From positions 14,498 through 78,497 of the forward strand of contig DASXNK010000194.1 in NCBI GenBank assembly GCA_036495095.1: a DNA stretch of 64,000 bases, given 5' to 3'. Source of the stretch: Candidatus Dormiibacterota bacterium (GTDB taxonomy: Bacteria; Chloroflexota; Dormibacteria; Aeolococcales; Aeolococcaceae). The first letter of the stretch is position 1; the number at the start of each line of letters is the position of its first letter. Shown here piece after piece: positions 58,303-64,000 of the stretch. The notes under the pieces are model-generated. The model searched no databases, was not told the DNA's origin, and saw nothing but the letters and a program-made list of their open reading frames with translations. A program made the position numbers and the translations under genes.

Positions 58303-59375
58303 GGGCCCGGGCTGCGCCAGCAGAGCATGCAGTCGCCGAACGAGAGGAAGCGGTAGCCGGCGCCGAGGGCGTGATCGTAGGCGGCGCGCCACCGCTCGGT
58401 GCCGATCAGCGCGGCGAGGAGCACCAGCAGGCTGGAGCGCGGCTGGTGGAAGTTGGTGAGCAGCCCGTCGACCACCCGCACCGGCACCCCCGGGCGCAGG
58501 TAGAGGCGGGTCGTCCCCTCCCCCGCCTCGACGGTGCCGTCGTCGTGGGCGCGGCTCTCCAGCACCCGGACCGCGGTGGTGCCGACGGCGATCACCCTGC
58601 CGCCGCGAGCCCGGGCGGCGGCGACCGCGGCGGCCGCGGCGGCGGGCAGCGCGTAGCGCTCCTCGTGCATGGGGTGCTCGTCGACCCGCTCGTGGCGGAT
58701 CGGCGCGAAGGTGGCCAGCCCGACCTCGAGCCGCACCTGGGTGCGCTCGACCCCGGCGGCGTCGAGGGCGGCGAGCACCGCCGGGGTGAAGTGGAGGCCG
58801 GCGGTGGGCGCCGCCGCCGAGGCCGGGCCGCCCGCGGCGTAGACGGTCTGGTAGCGGCCGGGATCGTCGAGGGTGGCGCGGATGTAGGGCGGCAGCGGCA
58901 CCCGGCCGGCCGCCTCGATGGCCGCGTCGACGTCGCCCCCGGCGGCCTCGAGCCGCACCGAGCGCGCCCCGGGGTGACCCGGCACCCGGCCGCCCATCAC
59001 CGCCTCCAGCCGCGGCCGGATGGTCAGCCGGGTGCCCTCCGGGAGCCGCCGGGCGGGACGGACGAGGCACGCGTACCCCCCCTCCGCGAGGGGATGGAGC
59101 ACGAGCAGCTCGGCGGCGCCGCCCCCGGGCCGCCGGGCGGCCAGCCGGGCGGCGCGCACCCGGGTGTCGTTGACCACCAGCAGGTCGCCGCGGCGGAGCA
59201 GGGCGGGCAGCTCGCGGAAGCCGCGATCCTCGGGAGGGCCCTGGAGCGGGAGGTGGAGCAGCCGGGAGGCATCGCGTTCGGCGAGCGGCCGCTGGGCGAT
59301 GCGCTCCGGCGCCAGCGGGTAGTCGAAGGCGGCGGTGGCCGTCTCCGCCGCGGTCCCGGCCGCGTCCGTGCTCAG
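58299..59375 (-). CDS. queA: S-adenosylmethionine:tRNA ribosyltransferase-isomerase; the conserved N-terminus lies upstream of the first ATG/GTG, so the start is non-canonical
   Basis: In-frame '[27 protein letters not shown]...[10 protein letters not shown]' matches the QueA N-terminus but precedes the track start (GTG 59177). No ATG/GTG/TTG upstream. Candidate CTG overlaps the ruvB stop. Confidence 0.6.
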   Translation of the reverse strand: MSTDAAGTAAETATAAFDYPLAPERIAQRPLAERDASRLLHLPLQGPPEDRGFRELPALLRRGDLLVVNDTRVRAARLAARRPGGGAAELLVLHPLAEGGYACLVRPARRLPEGTRLTIRPRLEAVMGGRVPGHPGARSVRLEAAGGDVDAAIEAAGRVPLPPYIRATLDDPGRYQTVYAAGGPASAAAPTAGLHFTPAVLAALDAAGVERTQVRLEVGLATFAPIRHERVDEHPMHEERYALPAAAAAAVAAARARGGRVIAVGTTAVRVLESRAHDDGTVEAGEGTTRLYLRPGVPVRVVDGLLTNFHQPRSSLLVLLAALIGTERWRAAYDHALGAGYRFLSFGDCMLCWRSPGP

Positions 59376-60418
59376 AGCAGCTCCGGCTGCACCGCGACGG
59401 CGCCGGGCGCCCCGGGGGGCACGGGCAGGCCGAGGTGGCGGTAGGCGCCGGCGGTGGCCAGCCGCCCGGAGGGGGTACGGGCGATGTAGCCGAGGCGGAT
59501 GAGGTAGGGCTCGACCACGTCCTCGACGGTGTCGCTGTCCTCCTGGACGCTGACGGCGAGGGTCTGCAGCCCCACCGGCCGGCCCGAGTAGGCGCCACAG
59601 AGCACCCCGAGCACCCGACGGTCCATCTCGTCGAGACCGCCCGCGTCGACCCCGAGCACGCGCAGCGCCCGCTCGGCGACGGCGGCGTCGATGTGGCCCG
59701 CGGCGCGCACCTGAGCGTAGTCGCGGGCCCGGCGCAGCAGCCGGTTGGCGATCCGCGGGGTGCCCCGGGCGCGAGCCGCGAGAAGGAGTGCGCCGTCGCC
59801 GTCGATCTCGATCCCGAGCAGCCCGGCGGAGCGGCGGATGATCGCGCAGAGCTCGGCGACCTCGTAGAAGTCGAGCCGGATGGTGATGCCGAAGCGGTCG
59901 CGGAGGGGGCCTCCGAGCGCCCCCGCCCGGGTGGTGGCCCCGACCACGGTGAACCGCTGCAGGCTGAGGCGCATCGCCTGGGCGCCGGCGCCCTTGCCCG
60001 CCACCCAGTCGAAGGCGAAGTCCTCCATCGCCGGGTACAGGGCCTCCTCGACGGTGCGACTGAGGCGGTGGATCTCGTCGACGAAGAAGACGTCGTTGGC
60101 CTCCAGGTTGGTGAGGATCGACGCCAGGGTGCCCTGGTGCTCGATCGCCGGCCCGCTGGTGGTGCGCAGCCGCACCCCCATCTCGGCCGCGATGATCTGG
60201 GCGAGGGTGGTCTTGCCCAGCCCCGGAGGGCCGTGGAGGAGCACGTGGTCGAGCGCCTCCCCCCTCCCCCGCGCCGCCTCGAGGAGGATGCCGAGCTGCT
60301 CGCGTACCGCCGGCTGGCCGACGAAGTCGGCGATCCGCCTGGGGCGGAGCGCGGACTCCTCGGCGCGATCCTCCTCCACCTCGGCCGGAGCTACCACCCG
60401 GGGGTCGGGATCGGTCAC
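59372..60418 (-). CDS. ruvB: Holliday junction branch migration helicase RuvB
   Basis: '[12 protein letters not shown]', '[14 protein letters not shown]', 'DEIHRL'. GTG 60418 overlaps the ruvA stop. Confidence 0.9.
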   Translation of the reverse strand: MTDPDPRVVAPAEVEEDRAEESALRPRRIADFVGQPAVREQLGILLEAARGRGEALDHVLLHGPPGLGKTTLAQIIAAEMGVRLRTTSGPAIEHQGTLASILTNLEANDVFFVDEIHRLSRTVEEALYPAMEDFAFDWVAGKGAGAQAMRLSLQRFTVVGATTRAGALGGPLRDRFGITIRLDFYEVAELCAIIRRSAGLLGIEIDGDGALLLAARARGTPRIANRLLRRARDYAQVRAAGHIDAAVAERALRVLGVDAGGLDEMDRRVLGVLCGAYSGRPVGLQTLAVSVQEDSDTVEDVVEPYLIRLGYIARTPSGRLATAGAYRHLGLPVPPGAPGAVAVQPELL

Positions 60419-61029
60419 GTCGGCACCCGGTCGAGGCGGCGCAGGGCGGCGGCGACCAGGGCGCCGACGGCGACCTCGGTGCCGCTCTCGGCCACCCCCG
60501 CGGCCACCGCGGCGCGGGCCTCGGGCTCGCGGAAGCCGAGCGCCACCAGGCCCTCGACCGCCGCCGCCACGGTGCGCTGCTCGGGAGCGGTGGCGGTGGC
60601 GTCGCCGGGCAGGGCCATGTCGTCGAGCCGGTCGCGGAGCTCGAGCACGATCCGCTCGGCGGTCTTGCGACCGATCCCCGGCACGGTGGCGAGGAGGGCG
60701 ACGTCGCCGCTGCGCAGCGCCCGCACCAGGGTGGGCAGGTCGGCGCGGCCGAGGATGCCGAGCGCCGCCTTGGGCCCGATCCGCTCCACGCCGAGGAGCA
60801 GCCGGAACAGCCGCAGCTCGGCGGCGCCGAGGAAGCCGTAGAGGCGGATGGCGTCGGCGCTCACCGAGGTGTGGATGTGGAGGGTGACCGGCACCTCGCC
60901 CACCGACCACTCGTGGAGGGCGGCGACGGTGCGCAGGTGGCAGCCCACCTCGTAGCCGACCCCGCCGGTGTCGATGATCGCGGTCGAGCCGTCGAGCGCG
61001 GCGACCCGGCCGCTGAGCAGCGCGATCAT
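60415..61029 (-). CDS. ruvA: Holliday junction DNA helicase RuvA
   Basis: 'MIALLSGRV...GGVGYEV', '[13 protein letters not shown]'; 204 aa. Confidence 0.9.
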   Translation of the reverse strand: MIALLSGRVAALDGSTAIIDTGGVGYEVGCHLRTVAALHEWSVGEVPVTLHIHTSVSADAIRLYGFLGAAELRLFRLLLGVERIGPKAALGILGRADLPTLVRALRSGDVALLATVPGIGRKTAERIVLELRDRLDDMALPGDATATAPEQRTVAAAVEGLVALGFREPEARAAVAAGVAESGTEVAVGALVAAALRRLDRVPT

Positions 61030-61613
61030 TTTCGGGGGGCCTCCCCCCACCCCCCCGGCGCCGCCCCCGCCCGGGCCACGGCGGCGGCGAGACCGGCGGT
61101 CATCCCCGCCCCGGTCACCGCCGGCGCCCGAGCGGCGCCGGAGAGCCGGGCGCGGTGGTGGTGGCAGACCGCCACCGCGCAGGCGTCGGCGACGTCGTCG
61201 GGGCCCTCGACGGCGGCACCGCCGAGCAGGGTGCGCACCATCCGGGCCACCTGCGGCTTCGGCGCCGCCCCCCAGCCGGCCACCGCCTCCTTGACCTGCA
61301 GCGGGGTGTACTCGGCGACCGCGAGGCCGGCGCGGGCGAGCCCGCAGAGGATCACCCCCCGCGCCTCGCCGACCCGCATCGCGGTGCGGCGGTTGGTCGA
61401 GAAGAAGAGCTGCTCGACCGCGGCCGCCTCGGGGCGCTCCCGGGCGATCAGCAGCTCGAGAGCGCCGAGCAGGAGGGCGAGCCGGTCGGGGTCGGGGGTG
61501 CCCGCGGGGGTCTCGATGCACCCGGCGTGGCGGAGGCGGAGCCGGCCCGGCGAGCCCTCGACCACGGCGACGCCGGTGCGGGCCAGGCCGGGGTCCACCC
61601 CCAGCACGATCAT
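61026..61613 (-). CDS. ruvC: crossover junction endodeoxyribonuclease RuvC
   Basis: '[19 protein letters not shown]', catalytic D/E residues. Confidence 0.9.
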   Translation of the reverse strand: MIVLGVDPGLARTGVAVVEGSPGRLRLRHAGCIETPAGTPDPDRLALLLGALELLIARERPEAAAVEQLFFSTNRRTAMRVGEARGVILCGLARAGLAVAEYTPLQVKEAVAGWGAAPKPQVARMVRTLLGGAAVEGPDDVADACAVAVCHHHRARLSGAARAPAVTGAGMTAGLAAAVARAGAAPGGWGEAPRK

Positions 61614-61628
61614 CTCGGAGCGGTCACC

Positions 61629-62387
61629 TCAGCCAACCGACTCGAGGACCTCGTCGGGGATCTCCACGTTGGCGTAGACCTGCTGGACGTCGTCGTGCTC
61701 CTCGAGCGAGTCGAGCAGCCGCAGCACCGCCGGCGCCTGCTTGGCGTCGACCGCCACCGAGGTGCTCGGGGCCATCGTGACCTCGGCGTTCTCGATGGTG
61801 TAGCCACGGTCCTCGAGGGTGCGGCGGACCTCCTCGAAGCGGGTCGGCGCGACCGTGACCTGGACCGAGCCGCCGTCGACGGCGACGTCGCCCTCCTCAC
61901 CCACGTCGACGGCGTCGAGCACCTCGAGGGCGAGCTCCTCGGGGTCGGCCGCGCCGGCGTCGAGGCGGAGCACGCCCTCCTGGCGGAACATCCAGGCGAC
62001 GGTGTTGCTCTCTCCCAGCGACCCGCCGGAGCGGGTGAACATGTTCCGCAGCGCCGCCACGGTGCGATTGCGGTTGTCGGTGAGCACATCGACCATGACC
62101 GCCACGCCGTGGGGCCCGTAGCCCTCGTAGCGGATGTCCTCGAGCTGGGCGCCCTCCTTGCCACCGACGCCGCGCTGGATGGCGCGCTCGATGTTGTCGG
62201 CGGGCATGTTCACCTCACGCGCCTTCTGGATGGCGAGGCGGAGCCGGAAGTTGCCGTCGACGTCGTTGCCGCCCTCACGGACCGCGACGGTGATCTCGCG
62301 GGCGACCTTGGTGAAGACCTGTCCGCGCTTGGCGTCGACGATCGCCTTCTTGTGCTTGATCCCCGCCCATTTGCTGTGACCGGACAT
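61629..62387 (-). CDS. yebC: YebC/PmpR family DNA-binding transcriptional regulator
   Basis: 'MSGHSKWAGIKHKKAIVDAKRGQVFTKVAREITVAVREGG'. Confidence 0.9.
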   Translation of the reverse strand: MSGHSKWAGIKHKKAIVDAKRGQVFTKVAREITVAVREGGNDVDGNFRLRLAIQKAREVNMPADNIERAIQRGVGGKEGAQLEDIRYEGYGPHGVAVMVDVLTDNRNRTVAALRNMFTRSGGSLGESNTVAWMFRQEGVLRLDAGAADPEELALEVLDAVDVGEEGDVAVDGGSVQVTVAPTRFEEVRRTLEDRGYTIENAEVTMAPSTSVAVDAKQAPAVLRLLDSLEEHDDVQQVYANVEIPDEVLESVG

Positions 62388-62419
62388 GTGGTCCTCCCCG
62401 CGCCGCCCTCCGCCCCCCG

Positions 62420-62444
62420 GTTCGGCGCGCCGAACAGACGTTCC
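62420..62444. promoter_or_regulatory. LexA box CGAACAGACGTTCC (62431-62444) overlapping a 16-bp perfect palindrome GTTCGGCGCGCCGAAC (62420-62435), upstream of yebC-ruvCAB and adjacent to a TAGAAT -10-like hexamer
   Basis: Perfect GAAC-N4-GTTC core. On the coding strand TAGAAT immediately precedes the box. Confidence 0.6.
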
Positions 62445-62508
62445 GAAATTCTAGCCTCTCCTGCCATCGACAGTGTACTGAGACGCCGGTCGCGCGCCCC
62501 CTTGCGAC

Positions 62509-63792
62509 TCAGCCGGCGACGCACCGGACGAAGGTCTTCCTGCCGAGCTGGAGCACCGCCCCCGGCCGCACCGTCACCCCACCCTCCCCGACCACCACCC
62601 GGGGCTCCGAATCGCCGTTGGCGGCGAACCGGATCGGCGTCTTCGGATCGGTGAGGAGGTGGCGCAGGCCGGCGGGCCGGTCGTGGAGGGAGACGCCGTT
62701 CTGGGCGAACGTGCGCCGCAGGTCGCTGTTCGAACGGCCTCCCTCCCCGGCGGCCCGGAGCGCGTCGGCGACGAACGCGACGGCGTCGCGGTCGCCCTCG
62801 CCGGTGGGCAGCGCCGCCTCCGGCATCTCCTCGGGGAGGCCGCCGCCCGCGTGGACCCGTCGGAACGCCGCCTCGGCCGCCTCCGCGGCGGCGTCGCCGT
62901 GGAACTGGGCGACGATCGCCCGGGCCAGCCGGGCCTTGGCGTCGCGGGGATTCACCTCCGCGGCGGCGAGCTCGCGGGCGATCTCCTCCACCTCGGGCGC
63001 GGGCACGTCGGTGGCCAGGGTCAGCCAGCGGACGATGAGCCCGTCGGGGATCGACATCGCCTTGCCGTACTGGTCCTCGGCGGGCTCGGCGACCCCGATG
63101 TAGTTGCCCAGGCTCTTGCTCATCTTCCGGACCCCGTCGGTGCCCTCGAGGATCGGGAAGGTGGCCACGTCCTGGACCGGCCTCCCGTACCAGCGCTGCA
63201 CATCCCGGGCGGCGAGCAGGTTGAAGAGCTGGTCGGTGCCGCCGATCTCGAGGTCGGCGTCGACGGCCACGGAGTCGTATCCCTGGAGCAGCGGGTAGAG
63301 CAGCTCGTGGACGCCGATCGGCCGCTCCGCCGCCATCCGCTCGGAGAAGTCGGCGCGCTGGAGCAGCTGGCCGACGGTGCGCCCGGCGCAGAGGCGGAGG
63401 ATCTCGGAGAGCCCGATGCCGTCGAACCACTCGCTCTGGAAGCGCACCTCGGTGCGCTCCCGGTCGAGGATCGAGAAGAGCTGGTCGAGGTAGGTCTGGG
63501 CGTTGGCCGCCACCGTCTCCGGGGTCAGCGGTGGACGCGTCTCCGAGCGTCCGGTGGGATCGCCGATCCGCGCCGTCCAGTCACCGATGATGATCACCGG
63601 CAGGTGGCCCGCCTCCTGCCACGCCCGCAGCCGCCGCATCGGCACGGTGTGCCCGAGGTGGATATCCGGAGCGGTGGGGTCGACCCCGAACTTGATCCGC
63701 AGCCGATCACCCCGGTCGAGCCGCGCCGCGAGGTGGGCCCGGTCCTCCAGGTGCTCGGTCCCCCGCGCGAACTCGTCGATGCTCTGACCCAT
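62509..63792 (-). CDS. tyrS: tyrosine--tRNA ligase
   Basis: 'PDIHLGH', 'KMSKS', C-terminal S4-like domain. Confidence 0.9.
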   Translation of the reverse strand: MGQSIDEFARGTEHLEDRAHLAARLDRGDRLRIKFGVDPTAPDIHLGHTVPMRRLRAWQEAGHLPVIIIGDWTARIGDPTGRSETRPPLTPETVAANAQTYLDQLFSILDRERTEVRFQSEWFDGIGLSEILRLCAGRTVGQLLQRADFSERMAAERPIGVHELLYPLLQGYDSVAVDADLEIGGTDQLFNLLAARDVQRWYGRPVQDVATFPILEGTDGVRKMSKSLGNYIGVAEPAEDQYGKAMSIPDGLIVRWLTLATDVPAPEVEEIARELAAAEVNPRDAKARLARAIVAQFHGDAAAEAAEAAFRRVHAGGGLPEEMPEAALPTGEGDRDAVAFVADALRAAGEGGRSNSDLRRTFAQNGVSLHDRPAGLRHLLTDPKTPIRFAANGDSEPRVVVGEGGVTVRPGAVLQLGRKTFVRCVAG

Positions 63793-63852
63793 GGCGGACG
63801 AACTCTACAGGCTGGCCGCATCCACCGAGACCGTGGCCGCCGTTGCAGAGAA

Positions 63853-63879
63853 GGGACCGGCCCCACGATGGGCCGGTCC
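63853..63879 (-). promoter_or_regulatory. perfect 11-bp stem hairpin GGGACCGGCCC-acgat-GGGCCGGTCCC in the tyrS 5' leader, followed by UUCUCU on the mRNA strand (terminator/attenuator-like)
   Basis: Read directly. Lies ~60-85 nt upstream of the tyrS ATG. The leader continues beyond the window end. Confidence 0.45.
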
Positions 63880-64000
63880 CCCGGTGCCGAGTACCTCGGC
63901 GCCCGACCTGACGGCCGGGCTGGTCGCCGCCCCCGAAGGGGCAACGGAGGGTGCGGAGCCCACTGGTCGACGTCGGGCGATGCTGCGCCGGCGCTCCCCG

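Noticed and set aside
47948-61613. Apparent 1-nt disagreements between hand-indexed positions and ORF-track coordinates in homopolymer-rich stretches (near 48860-48960, 53870, 61025)
   Set aside because: Most likely my own indexing/reading error in long C/G runs rather than biology. ORF-track coordinates were used for features.
62420-62435. 16-bp palindrome GTTCGGCGCGCCGAAC as an intrinsic terminator of tyrS
   Set aside because: It has no loop and no downstream U tract on the tyrS strand. Its overlap with a LexA box favours a regulatory role.

Overview
This is a very high-GC (~70-72%) bacterial chromosomal window, almost fully coding and mostly on the minus strand. Its gene order follows the conserved Gram-positive core: dapC-like/dapF/miaA/mutL/mutS/miaB/spoVS/rny, then cinA/recA with pgsA/rimO, ftsK, rnj/dapA, asd/dapB/pnp/rpsO, ribF/truB/nrnA/rbfA/infB/ylxR/nusA/rimP, a fused secDF, tgt/queA/ruvBAC/yebC and tyrS. 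The Bacillus-like arrangements (cinA-recA ... rny-spoVS; ruvAB-queA-tgt-secDF) together with GAAC-N4-GTTC LexA boxes suggest a deep-branching high-GC Gram-positive lineage such as Thermoleophilia or Rubrobacteria; this is an inference. Start/stop overlaps of 4 nt (GTGA/ATGA/TTGA) are pervasive. Non-core content: (1) a MerR regulator with a perfect 14+14 bp operator palindrome, facing a locus where a Tn3-family transposase remnant (DUF4158, 79 codons), a lower-GC passenger ORF and the last ~40 codons of an MFS transporter indicate a decayed transposon insertion into a MerR/MFS efflux pair; (2) an SOS regulon signature, with two perfect CGAAC-N4-GTTCG LexA boxes embedded in the promoter of a ChiZ-like LysM membrane protein gene divergent from a NUDIX gene, a degenerate box upstream of lexA, and a perfect box upstream of yebC-ruvCAB; (3) a second family-4 uracil-DNA glycosylase paralog carrying UdgX-type motifs (GEGP, RRIH, HPSSVLR); (4) a four-gene overlapping operon (GlpB-like FAD oxidoreductase, GlcD-like FAD-linked oxidase, GlcF/GlpC-like Fe-S CCG protein, DAGK-family lipid kinase) inserted between ribF and rpsO; (5) an apparent in-frame rbfA-nrnA fusion; and (6) a queA gene whose conserved N-terminus has no ATG/GTG/TTG start. 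No rRNA, tRNA or CRISPR elements were found. Hand indexing of some homopolymer tracts disagreed by 1 nt with the ORF track; track coordinates were used where they conflicted.
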